DNA from: Balanoglossus misakiensis
Lineage: Eukaryota > Animalia > Hemichordata
Direction of reading: 5' to 3'
Assembly (NCBI GenBank): GCA_040954595.2
Contig: CM082589.2
Location: 3,176,213-3,240,212, forward strand
Length of the DNA: 64,000 bases
How positions within the stretch are numbered: the first letter of the stretch is position 1; the number at the start of each line of letters is the position of its first letter. The notes beneath the pieces were generated by a model, which was given only the letters and a program-made list of their open reading frames with translations, was not told where the DNA came from and ran no database searches. The translations under genes and the position numbers were made by a program. Of this stretch, positions 31,613 to 44,400 are shown piece by piece.

Positions 31613-33731
31613 TTAAAGCTTGGACCACGTGCCCCTTCTGTAGATAAGATCCTTTGAAATATCGTTCAATCGCCTACAACCTGAAAATAAAACAGAAAGT
31701 GCCGAAGTGAGATTATTCCAGTGAATTTCGAAAGTGGACGAGGAATGACTTACAATACGAACCATGGACTCGCTTCAGGGTCTATGTACGAACCAACTAA
31801 CCTGTCAAAGCCATGGCTCGACTCAACTCGTCTCGTAGAATTTGAAGAACTCGTTTCACCCCGTCTTCTCCCTAAACAGAAAAAAAATAATAGCACCCGT
31901 ATATTAATGACTCAAAACCAATCCTGGCTTTGACAGAATTCGTTCTATACTCAGGAGGATCGAGTACAACTTACACCACATGCCAGGCCGTACAGCACTG
32001 GTCTGCCAATGAACACGGCCTTTGCACCCAAAGCCAGGGCTTTCAATATATCAGTGCCAGTCCGCACGCCACCATCCATGTACACTTCTAGTTTGTCACC
32101 TACTGCATCAGCGATTTCTTCTAACACATCAATCTGTCAAAAGGTCAGACAATCAAGGGAGTATTAGTATACGTTAATTATAAAATACACTCCCAAGGGC
32201 GATTTAAAATATGACATTTTAACAAAGTTTAATAATGTTTTAATCAACTTCAATAACGGGTATCTTGTCGGGTATTTGGTGGTGGTTAGATTGTCAAGTG
32301 GGTTGGTGGTTTATAGACTTAAAAGTATCGTATCCACTGTCTATCGTTGGTGGTTGGTTGGATGGATGGATAGGTTCAATTCAGATATAGCCTTACTGTT
32401 GCCGGCACACCATCCAGTTGCCTGCCACCGTGGTTGGACACGATGATCGCCTGCGCACCACGTTCTGCTGCTAGTATAGCGTCCTCTACCGTCAGAATAC
32501 CCTTCACGACGATCGGTAACTGCGTCAACGTTTTCAGCCACGCTATGTCCTCCCACGCCTGACAGGGATCTCCCCTTGTGAAGTCTTTGAATGGCATGGT
32601 GAGCTCACGTGGACAAGCTTCCAAAGAATCGTTCTTGATGGAATAAACACAAAGAGGTCCAAGATTACATACTTGAAAGGTAGGAAATATTTTCCCAGCA
32701 TATACAGGCTTATGCACAAATGTGCACTTTATATGCACCTCAGTCTATAAATTTATGTACATCATGTAATGTGATGTGATATATATTATGGCAGGGTGCG
32801 TCATTCACACGTACAGTTCAAATGTCATTTGTCAATACCTTGCGAATATACCTGTGTAGAGTCCCATAATGTACGTTGCCATAGTGATCCCCTAATCTGG
32901 CCTTCTTGAACACCCTTCTGATGCTCCATTCTGATTGGTCCACCGTCACTACGATCGCCCGGCAACCCGCCCTCTCCGCTCGTTCCACCAGATCTTTCGT
33001 TATTCCGCGATGACGCCATATGTAGACGTTCAGCCATTTGGGGGATGCCGGACTAGCAGACGCTATGTCTTCAATGGACTTGCTAGAAGCCACGCTCACC
33101 GTCATTAGTGTGTTCATGTCTGCTGCGGCTGTTTTGACAGAAATTGGGAAATGCATTGGTGGATTACAAAGGAAACAAGAGTCTTATAGACACTTGCTTT
33201 ACACAAAGACGCTGAGCCCTGGTTCTCATACTGGCCGACTTCTCACGGCACCACCTTGCAAAGTACCATTCGCACATATTCTGTCCTCGGTTGGTTCATG
33301 TTTACCTCTGCAAGTCGCAATCTCTCCATCAGGATGTGCTTCGCTATGAATACCTGTTGGTGACATGCAGATCGGCGCATCTACCTTCACTCCGAGTATG
33401 GTAGTCGACAAGTCTCGGACTGACACGTCTCGCAATACCCGTGGTTTTAACCAATATCTATAAAAAGGAGAGTAAAGTGGTAAATGCGGGTACTGTACAG
33501 TAAAGCATGGAGGTACTAGTACCTCCATGGCCTACATGTAATACTATTGGTTGGCAGACTGTCTGCAAATGAGTTGAATGTTACCTACCTTCGAAATGCA
33601 TTTCTATTCTCTCCCAATGTTAACTCGTCTTCGGCTCCTGTACTGTAGTGAATCCATGCCTGCAGTGGCAACAGTTTCCTCGCCCGTGTTTCGAAATCGT
33701 CGAGACAAATTAGTTGTTTTTCCTCTTGCAT
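31613..33731 (-). CDS. Peroxisomal FMN-dependent alpha-hydroxyacid oxidase (HAO1/HAO2/glycolate oxidase family)
   Basis: Minus-strand exons 33731-33589, 33457-33306, 33128-32839, 32633-32397, 32133-31975, 31871-31802, 31680-31613. Motifs [17 protein letters not shown], catalytic SNHGGRQLD and [18 protein letters not shown]; C-terminal PTS1 -SKL*. Minus-strand AATAAA at 31545-31550. Confidence 0.93.
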
Positions 33732-33920
33732 GGTTATGACAACTACAGGCTGTTGGGCTTCTATCGCATAGGTCACATCACGGTCACACACTCACTGATG
33801 ACGCGGTGATTGAAAAGGTGTCCAGGCACGAAACACGCCTGATATGCAAATGTCATGTCTCTCAATTGAAGTGGTGGGATACGTTCGTTCTCGGGTGATA
33901 TTATAGCCCCCCACTCATTA

Positions 33921-34065
33921 TTTCTCTCGCCCCCTCCCCCTCCCTCTCTCCCTCTCTCTCGCCCCCTCTCCCTCTATCTCCTTGTCTCTGTTTCTCGGGC
34001 TCTCTGTATCTCTGCCTGTCTGTCTGTCTGTCTGTCTGTCTGACTCTGTCTGTCTGTCTCTGTCT
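33921..34065. repeat. Pyrimidine-rich (CT)n/(CTGT)n microsatellite in the divergent intergenic region
   Basis: tccctctctccctctctctc ... tgtctgtctgtctgtctgtc directly visible. Confidence 0.85.
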
Positions 34066-34646
34066 CGACCAACGGTTACATTTTCTGGTAACCGAGGTCG
34101 TCAGAACAGTTGCATGGCCCTGACTCACTTTGGACACGGATCTCGGTAACGATCGTGAGGAACGAACCGATTATCTCACTGTGCACACAAACTGAAACTG
34201 TCGGTTCCGTCTTGCCGTTCCTTTAAAAAAGCAGAACTATTTGACAAGGAACTGTTCACCGCCACCGTCATTCGAATAACATCATCCTTTAATTCCTTCC
34301 CGCCCCACTCCTCACCTGTTGTGGTATTTTAGTCTGGTGTTAGGTAACAACACGGGCAGTCGGTGATATTATACCCAGAGAAGGACAAAGAACACCTTTG
34401 CATGATAACAATTGTTGTCGACAACGCCAATAATACAGGTACGACACCGGTAGCTACAGTTTTGTTCGAGTCTACAGTGTGTGCCGCTAAAGTCTCTTTT
34501 CATTGGAGTGCGTGATACGCGGCACGTGATAACACGCCCAGTAGTGTTCTCCGTAATGACCTGATTTCGTCGAATTGGACGAGGGGGCGAGATATATATC
34601 TATCTTGACGTTTGCGCCTGTCAAACACTGCGAATTCCACACGACT

Positions 34647-37363
34647 ATGGCGACAGTGGACGGTGAGCGAGAGCCCTGTCTGTTGAAGGACTTTGTCGAA
34701 CAGAACGAACTGCCCGCGGTGGTCGAGGTGGTGTCAGTGGATCAGGATGGCGCAGACGACAGCTTACAGGTGGGTGCTGTTTTCCAACTGGTCAGAACAG
34801 TGCAGGAGCTTGAAATCACCCTTGACCCTGACTACGTGGTGCCCACAAAGAAAGCTGACAGGATTGTCCTTCCACTGGACTACGAGGGGACCTTTCAGAC
34901 CGTGCCGTTCTACGGCGAAGACTACGTGTTCGAAACCGCGGAGGATTTACTCCAAGTGTCGCCGCGGTTTGTGAAGGCCGGCGTGGGTTTCGTCATCCCA
35001 GGTGTGACGGAGGTCCGAGCGGGGGACATACTTGAAGTGCTGGGCAGAGTTCAGTGCGCTGACGATAACATATATCTGAAGTGCCAACACCAAACCGAAA
35101 ACAGGGACATTTTCCTGCCACTGACGTTCACCGGGCGTTTCAAGGAAGTCAAGGACCCGAGCGTGTACACCGTTGGAGAGATTCACTCGCGGTTGCCACA
35201 AAAAGTGAAATTTTCAAGAGAGACGTTGAGCGAAAGACGGTCGGGACAACTGCCGATCAAAGGCGTTGCTACGGATCTAAACGAGGAATTTCTCCTACAA
35301 ACCGTCACCACGGTCGAAATAGTGCGATTGGTGACTTCGAACCAGTGCAGTCGGTTGTTGATTGATTTACCGATAAAGGTTATCTCGCGAATTGGCCATG
35401 GCGAAGAAGATTTCGCCCAGGAAATCAACATTCATGACATCAAGAAATCCGGCGATCAACTGCCCCTGGTCGTCAAAGTGACTGACCAAGCCCCGGTCAT
35501 ACCAGGAGTCCCATTTTCACTAGAAACACTTCTGCAAGTGCACAGTTTCAAGTTCGCGCGCAGAATTCTAGTAGCCACGAAAAATGACAGCTACTTTCTG
35601 TTCCCGGAACGATGCGACAAAAAGTGTCGTCTGCAACCCAAGACGTTCGCCACCGCCCGCGACCTTTGGCAGCAGCGCGTCAAGACACCCGTTCGCTCCA
35701 CAAAATCGTGGACGAGCTGCGATGAGGATTTCGGCTCCGTCGAGAAGGGTGATGTGCTGAACATTCGAGGGGCCTCAGACGTCGACAATAACGAAACGGC
35801 CGCGTTAATTTGCACTCGGCGCGAGAGCGCAAGCGGCCGAAGCGGGATGCTGAAATTGCAGATGGACGCGATCGGCGATTTCGTCGAGTTGGAACCAGGC
35901 GAGTGCAACCTGTCCGAGTTTCAGCCAGACCAACTTCCCGTTACAGTGGAATTACTCCAGAAGCCACCAGGTGATTTGAAACATAGTGATGAACTAGCCA
36001 CTGGCCAGCCAATCAGACTTTGCAAAATGATCGAATCTTGTGCGGTTATTGTGAGTTTGCTGGATGACGGACCAAACGCACAGAACACCATGAAACTGTA
36101 CGAAATTTTAGAGGAGTTTCCTCTTAGTGTGATCCCGCTCCGAAAAAGGCCGTGTCGGGTTCTGCCAGAAGGTTTCCACCACGAGGAAAGCATAGAAAAA
36201 CTGACCACGTATCAATTGGAAATGTTATTGGCCAACGAAGAACGCGACTTTGGGGTCGGGGACGACGGTGCACGGCCAAAATCCCCGGAAAAAGTTGACG
36301 GCCAGACATACGCCGTCAAAAACGAAAATGCACGAGTTTCGGAAGAGGAAGTCCCGGACCGCTCTGCAAATGTTGACACAGACAACGACGGTCCACTCTA
36401 CTATGTTCTCGAGCAGAGCGAAAAGGAGGAAATCCTCAGCGCCGAATACTACGTTCTCGAGCAGAGCGAAAAGGAAGCTATCATAGGGGACCTGGCGACC
36501 GAAGGTGCTACGAAGAGCCCGGGAACAGGCCAGCCGTCGCAGGACAGGACAGTGACAGACGTGCCGGAGTATTTTCAAGTCGTTCTAGAGGTGTGTGACG
36601 AAGAAGAACAACCGTGCATCGATGAAGTTGACGCGCCAGACAAAACACAGAAATCAGACTTTGCTGTCAAACAGACTGTCGCCGGACAGTCTTACGAGGT
36701 ATTGGGCGAGACCGAGTCTGACTTGGCGAAGAAACGGCAGAAGAGAGTTGGCAAACGAAGAAGTCGGCTTGGAATTTCATTGGTGGAGGAGGGCGAACAG
36801 GCGGAGGAGGTATTAATAGAAGCACCAAAAGAAGAACCAAAGAAAACTCCCCGTAAGTGAGAGATAAGCCAGCCTGACAAACAGAGAGAGAGGAGAGAGA
36901 GAGAGAATGAGAGAGACAGACAGACAGACAGACAAACAAATTTATAATTATGTCGCCCAGTTGTACCCCAATTGCCAACTTCGGTGTCATGGTTAGGAAC
37001 ACAGAAACTCGCGACAAGCAAAAGAGCGCAAAGAATGCTTGCGTCACCGACGCAAACAGCAGTTCACAATTTTATTTCTTCGTTTGCCTTTCAGTTCAAT
37101 TTCCTCCCAAAGATGGCGACATATCCCGTTACACGATGCGTGAACTGGGGATGTTCCTTCGCTTTCTCTCGGTGCGAGAAGAGGTGATCACCCGCTTCTA
37201 CGCTGACCGTATCGATGGCAACGACTGCTGCCGCCTCCCGTCTTCTCTGCTGAAGCAAAAGTACAACATGAATCCCAAAGAAGTACAACTTCTGGAGCGC
37301 TACATCAACAGATCCAAGATGAGGGATGATCGCGACGCCAGAAATATTTATCACCTCTCCTGA
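34647..37363 (+). CDS. THEMIS/GAREM-family protein: two CABIT domains, acidic Tyr-motif region, C-terminal SAM domain
   Basis: Exon 34647-36852 (donor C|GTAAGT) splices in frame to 37095-37363. CABIT signatures LKDFVEQNELPAVVEV, YLKC..IFLPLTFTGRFKE and a second copy LPLVVKV..LIC..LKLQMDAIGDFVE. The last exon (DISRYTMRELGMFLRFLSVREEVITRFYADRIDG..) resembles the GAREM C-terminal SAM domain. Confidence 0.85.
36882..36938. repeat. (GA)n/(GACA)n microsatellite in intron
   Basis: cagagagagaggagagagagagagaatgagagagacagacagacagacagacaaacaaa. Confidence 0.8.
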
Positions 37364-38483
37364 AAGTATACCAGGTCACTGGTGAACATTCAGTCACTTT
37401 TACCATGGCTAAGCTGTAGCCAATCGCAGGATTTCACTGGGAAGACCACCAGTGTGCCAATACGTGACGTTATTATAAGAAAAAGTTATTTTACTTAGAA
37501 ACACTCTTGAAACTACTAGCAAAAAAATGCATATGTTATCGATGTGATTGCGTTTCTTTGAATAGTGGTTTCTCAAGACGACTTGCATTTTTCAAACGCT
37601 AGGAATAAATAATTCGTCTTGCTAGCCATAGACCTTTGCTTGAGTTCTATTTCTCTGACTGCGAATTATGACAATCAATTTGAAATATGGACAAAACGGA
37701 AGTGATGTTTGGATCATATATTTGTCTAACACAAAATTTAAATTTGGTTTACTTGGCATTATACAGCACCCAAACAAAGTAGCAGTTCGGCGTCGGACAA
37801 TCCAATATTTTTTTCATCATGGCACCACATCGCAGGGGATTGATGTTATAATAGCCCCCTTTCGCCTTTTTATGAAATTAACACTAAAACGCATTAAAGA
37901 AATCAGGATATGCATTAATGATGGTGGGTGTTAATTGATGAGTGTGTGTGTAAAATTTACTCCGTGTCAAACACGAATTGGACTTCGACACGGAAGCATA
38001 CTTAAGCTCTCACAAATCTAATGTGATATTCAACTGTCAACGATTCTCGCGATAAAATAAATAAGTGACGACAATAACACGTCTTTTGGCATTGGTTTAC
38101 GAGTGTGTACGGTTTACCTAGTATTTTATAGTGACATCACGTGGAGTCAAGGAGGAAGTGATCCGAGTGTAAAACGAAGAAAAAGAACTTTCAGTTTGTG
38201 TACAAACGGGTCTTTTTATCGGATTTCGTCGGATCACAGTTGAATTCCACGTTAAAATAAAATGAACCCGCATCAAGCCTGAACAAATATAACAAAGGTC
38301 ACGAGATCAAAGTCGGTCACACGCTATCATGACTTCAGAATGTTTTTAACAATCAGGTCCTTTGTAGTTCACCGAAGGAGTTCAAAGGTCGTGCGATGAG
38401 GATTTTATGAATAGCTGGGCCTGATGATCTCGAAGTTGAATATTAACAGCACGGTCAGCAAGGAAGCCAATTTGACAAGACAA

Positions 38484-41400
38484 TTTCCTGAGCTATAACC
38501 CATGGTTTTTTTCAAAAATCGGCCAAATTTTGAAATTCCGCAAAGTCGAAAAATTCTCATTTTTTGATGATTTTCCTGAGCTATAACCCATGGTTTTTTT
38601 CAAAAATCGGCCAAATTTTGAAATTCCGCAAAGTCGAAAAATTCTCATTTTTTGATGATTTTCCTGAGCTATAACCCATGGTTTTTTCAAAAATCGACCA
38701 AATTTTGAAATTCCGCAAAGTCGAAAAATTCTCATTTTTTGATGATTTTCCTGAGCTATAACCCATGGTTTTTTCAAAAATCGGCCAAATTTTGAAATTC
38801 CGCAAAGTCGAAAAATTCTCATTTTTTGATGATTTTCCTGAGCTATAACCCATGGTTTTTTCAAAAATCGGCCAAATTTTGAAATTCCGCAAAGTCGAAA
38901 AATTCTCATTTATTGATGATTTTCCTGAGCTATAACCCATGGTTTTTTCAAAAATCGACCAAATTTTGAAATTCCGCAAAGTCGAAAAATTCTCATTTTT
39001 GATGATTTTCCTGAGCTATAACCCATGGTTTTTTCAAAAATCGGCCAAATTTTGAAATTCCGCAAAGTCGAAAAATTCTCATTTTTTGATGATTTTCCTG
39101 AGCTATAACCCATGGTTTTTTCAAAAATCGGCCAAATTTTGAAATTCCGCAAAGTCGAAAAATTCTCATTTTTTGATGATTTTCCTGAGCTATAACCCAT
39201 GGTTTTTTCAAAAATCGGCCAAATTTTGAAATTCCGCAAAGTCGAAAAATTCTCATTTTTTGATGATTTTCCTGAGCTATAACCCATGGTTTTTTTCAAA
39301 AATCGGCCATATTTTGAAATTCCGCAAAGTCGAACAATTCTCATTTTTTGATGATTTTCCTGAGCTATAACCCATGGTTTTTTTCAAAAATCGGCCAAAT
39401 TTTGAAATTCCGCAAAGTCGAAAAATTCTCATTTTTTGATGATTTTCCTGAGCTATAACCCATGGTTTTTTCAAAAATCGACCAAATTTTGAAATTCCGC
39501 AAAGTCGAAAAATTCTCATTTTTTGATGATTTTCCTGAGCTATAACCCATGGTTTTTTCAAAAATCGGCCAAATTTTGAAATTCCGCAAAGTCGAAAAAT
39601 TCTCATTTTTTGATGATTTTCCTGAGCTATAACCCATGGTTTTTTCAAAAATCGGCCAAATTTTGAAATTCCGCAAAGTCGAAAAATTCTCATTTTTTGA
39701 TGATTTTCCTGAGCTATAACCCATGGTTTTTTCAAAAATCGGCCAAATTTTGAAATTCCGCAAAGTCGAAAAATTCTCATTTTTTGATGATTTTCCTGAG
39801 CTATAACCCATGGTTTTTTTCAAAAATCGGCCAAATTTTGAAATTCCGCAAAGTCGAAAAATTCTCATTTTTTGATGATTTTCCTGAGCTATAACCCATG
39901 GTTTTTTTCAAAAATCGGCCAAATTTTGAAATTCCGCAAAGTCGAAAAATTCTCATTTTTTGATGATTTTCCTGAGCTATAACCCATGGTTTTTTCAAAA
40001 ATCGACCAAATTTTGAAATTCCGCAAAGTCGAAAAATTCTCATTTTTTGATGATTTTCCTGAGCTATAACCCATGGTTTTTTCAAAAATCGGCCAAATTT
40101 TGAAATTCCGCAAAGTCGAAAAATTCTCATTTTTTGATGATTTTCCTGAGCTATAACCCATGGTTATTTCAAAAATCGGCCAAATTTTGAAATTCCGCAA
40201 AGTCGAAAAATTCTCATTTTTTGATGATTTTCCTGAGCTATAACCCATGGTTTTTTCAAAAATCGACCAAATTTTGAAATTCCGCAAAGTCGAAAAATTC
40301 TCATTTTTTGATGATTTTCCTGAGCTATAACCCATGGTTTTTTCAAAAATCGGCCAAATTTTGAAATTCCGCATAGTCGAAAAATTGTCATTTTTGGATG
40401 ATTTTCCTGAGCTATAACCCATGGTTTTTTAAAAAAAATGAAGAAATTTTGATATTTCGCAAAGTCGAAAAATTGTCATTTTTGGATGATTTTCATGATC
40501 TATAACCCATGGTTTTTTTCAAAAATCGGCCAAATTTTGAAATTCCGCAAAGTCGAAAAATTCTCATTTTTTGATGATTTTCCTGAGCTATAACCCATGG
40601 TTTTTTCAAAAATCGGCCAAATTTTGAAATTCCGCAAAGTCGAAAAATTCTCATTTTTTGATGATTTTCCTGAGCTATAACCCATGTTTTTTTCAAAAAT
40701 CGGCCAAATTTTGAAATTCCGCAAAGTCGAAAAATTCTCATTTTTTGATGATTTTCCTGAGCTATAACCCATGGTTTTTTCAAAAATCGGCCAAATTTTG
40801 AAATTCCGCAAAGTCGAAAAATTCTCATTTTTTGATGATTTTCCTGAGCTATAACCCATGGTTTTTTCAAAAATCGGCCAAATTTTGAAATTCCGCAAAG
40901 TCGAAAAATTCTCATTTTTTGATGATTTTCCTGAGCTATAACCCATGGTTTTTTCAAAAATCGACCAAATTTTGAAATTCCGCAAAGTCGAAAAATTCTC
41001 ATTTTTTGATGATTTTCCTGAGCTATAACCCATGGTTTTTTCAAAAATCGGCCAAATTTTGAAATTCCGCAAAGTCGAAAAATTCTCATTTTTTGATGAT
41101 TTTCCTGAGCTATAACCCATGGTTTTTTCAAAAATCGGCCAAATTTTGAAATTCCGCAAAGTCGAAAAATTCTCATTTTTTGATGATTTTCCTGAGCTAT
41201 AACCCATGGTTTTTTTCAAAAATCGGCCATATTTTGAAATTCCGCAAAGTCGAACAATTCTCATTTTTTGATGATTTTCCTGAGCTATAACCCATGGTTT
41301 TTTTCAAAAATCGGCCAAATTTTGAAATTCCGCAAAGTCGAAAAATTCTCATTTTTTGATGATTTTCCTGAGCTATAACCCATGGTTTTTTCAAAAATCG

Positions 41401-44400
41401 ACCAAATTTTGAAATTCCGCAAAGTCGAAAAATTCTAATTTTTTGATGATTTTCCTGAGCTATAACCCATGGTTTTTTCAAAAATCGGCCAAATTTTGAA
41501 ATTCCGCAAAGTCGAAAAATTCTCATTTTTTGATGATTTTCCTGAGCTATAACCCATGGTTATTTCAAAAATCGGCCAAATTTTGAAATTCCGCAAAGTC
41601 GAAAAATTCTCATTTTTTGATGATTTTCCTGAGCTATAACCCATGGTTTTTTCAAAAATCGACCAAATTTTGAAATTCCGCAAAGTCGAAAAATTCTCAT
41701 TTTTTGATGATTTTCCTGAGCTATAACCCATGGTTTTTTCAAAAATCGGCCAAATTTTGAAATTCCGCATAGTCGAAAAATTGTCATTTTTGGATGATTT
41801 TCCTGAGCTATAACCCATGGTTTTTTTAAAAAAATGAAGAAATTTTGATATTTCGCAAAGTCGAAAAATTGTCATTTTTGGATGATTTTCATGATCTATA
41901 ACCCATGGTTTTTTTCAAAAATCGGCCAAATTTTGAAATTCCGCAAAGTCGAAAAATTCTCATTTTTTGATGATTTTCATGAGCTATAACCCATGGTTTT
42001 TTAAAAAAATCGGCCAAATTTTGAAATTCCGCAAAGTCGAAAAATTCTCATTTTTTGATGATTTTCCTGAGCTATAACCCATGGTTTTTTCAAAAATCGG
42101 CCAAATTTTGAAATTCCGCAAAGTCGAAAAATTCTCATTTTTTGATGATTTTCCTGAGCTATAACCCATGGTTTTTTCAAAAATCGACCAAATTTTGAAA
42201 TTCCGCAAAGTCGAAAAATTCTCATTTTTTGATGATTTTCCTGAGCTATAACCCATGGTTTTTTCAAAAATCGGCCAAATTTTGAAATTCCGCAAAGTCG
42301 AAAAATTCTCATTTTTTGATGATTTTCCTGAGCTATAACCCATGGTTTTTTCAAAAATCGGCCAAATTTTGAAATTCCGCAAAGTCGAAAAATTCTCATT
42401 TTTTGATGATTTTCCTGAGCTATAACCCATGGTTTTTTCAAAAATCGACCAAATTTTGAAATTCCGCAAAGTCGAAAAATTCTCATTTTTTGATGATTTT
42501 CCTGAGCTATAACCCATGGTTTTTTAAAAAAATCGGCCAAATTTTGAAATTCCGCAAAGTCGAAAAATTCTCATTTTTTGATGATTTTCCTGAGCTATAA
42601 CCCATGGTTTTTTCAAAAATCGACCAAATTTTGAAATTCCGCAAAGTCGAAAAATTCTCATTTTTTGATGATTTTCCTGAGCTATAACCCATGGTTTTTT
42701 CAAAAATCGGCCAAATTTTGAAATTCCGCATAGTCGAAAAATTGTCATTTTTGGATGATTTTCCTGAGCTATAACCCATGGTTTTTTAAAAAAAATGAAG
42801 AAATTTTGATATTTCGCAAAGTCGAAAAATTGTCATTTTTGGATGATTTTCATGATCTATAACCCATGGTTTTTTTCAAAAATCGGCCAAATTTTGAAAT
42901 TCCGCAAAGTCGAAAAATTCTCATTTTTTGATGATTTTCCTGAGCTATAACCCATGGTTTTTTCAAAAATCGGCCAAATTTTGAAATTCCGCAAAGTCGA
43001 AAAATTCTCATTTTTTGATGATTTTCCTGAGCTATAACCCATGTTTTTTTCAAAAATCGGCCAAATTTTGAAATTCCGCAAAGTCGAAAAATTCTCATTT
43101 TTTGATGATTTTCCTGAGCTATAACCCATGGTTTTTTCAAAAATCGGCCAAATTTTGAAATTCCGCAAAGTCGAAAAATTCTCATTTTTTGATGATTTTC
43201 CTGAGCTATAACCCATGGTTTTTTCAAAAATCGGCCAAATTTTGAAATTCCGCAAAGTCGAAAAATTCTCATTTTTTGATGATTTTCCTGAGCTATAACC
43301 CATGGTTTTTTCAAAAATCGACCAAATTTTGAAATTCCGCAAAGTCGAAAAATTCTCATTTTTTGATGATTTTCCTGAGCTATAACCCATGGTTTTTTCA
43401 AAAATCGGCCAAATTTTGAAATTCCGCAAAGTCGAAAAATTCTCATTTTTTGATGATTTTCCTGAGCTATAACCCATGGTTTTTTCAAAAATCGGCCAAA
43501 TTTTGAAATTCCGCAAAGTCGAAAAATTCTCATTTTTTGATGATTTTCCTGAGCTATAACCCATGGTTTTTTTCAAAAATCGGCCATATTTTGAAATTCC
43601 GCAAAGTCGAACAATTCTCATTTTTTGATGATTTTCCTGAGCTATAACCCATGGTTTTTTTCAAAAATCGGCCAAATTTTGAAATTCCGCAAAGTCGAAA
43701 AATTCTCATTTTTTGATGATTTTCCTGAGCTATAACCCATGGTTTTTTCAAAAATCGACCAAATTTTGAAATTCCGCAAAGTCGAAAAATTCTAATTTTT
43801 TGATGATTTTCCTGAGCTATAACCCATGGTTTTTTCAAAAATCGGCCAAATTTTGAAATTCCGCAAAGTCGAAAAATTCTCATTTTTTGATGATTTTCCT
43901 GAGCTATAACCCATGGTTATTTCAAAAATCGGCCAAATTTTGAAATTCCGCAAAGTCGAAAAATTCTCATTTTTTGATGATTTTCCTGAGCTATAACCCA
44001 TGGTTTTTTCAAAAATCGACCAAATTTTGAAATTCCGCAAAGTCGAAAAATTCTCATTTTTTGATGATTTTCCTGAGCTATAACCCATGGTTTTTTCAAA
44101 AATCGGCCAAATTTTGAAATTCCGCATAGTCGAAAAATTGTCATTTTTGGATGATTTTCCTGAGCTATAACCCATGGTTTTTTTAAAAAAATGAAGAAAT
44201 TTTGATATTTCGCAAAGTCGAAAAATTGTCATTTTTGGATGATTTTCATGATCTATAACCCATGGTTTTTTTCAAAAATCGGCCAAATTTTGAAATTCCG
44301 CAAAGTCGAAAAATTCTCATTTTTTGATGATTTTCATGAGCTATAACCCATGGTTTTTTAAAAAAATCGGCCAAATTTTGAAATTCCGCAAAGTCGAAAA

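Noticed and set aside
34575-34646. ORF-track N-terminal extension of the CABIT gene from a TTG start
   Set aside because: Non-ATG start; the first ATG at 34647 is in good context just before the CABIT domain.
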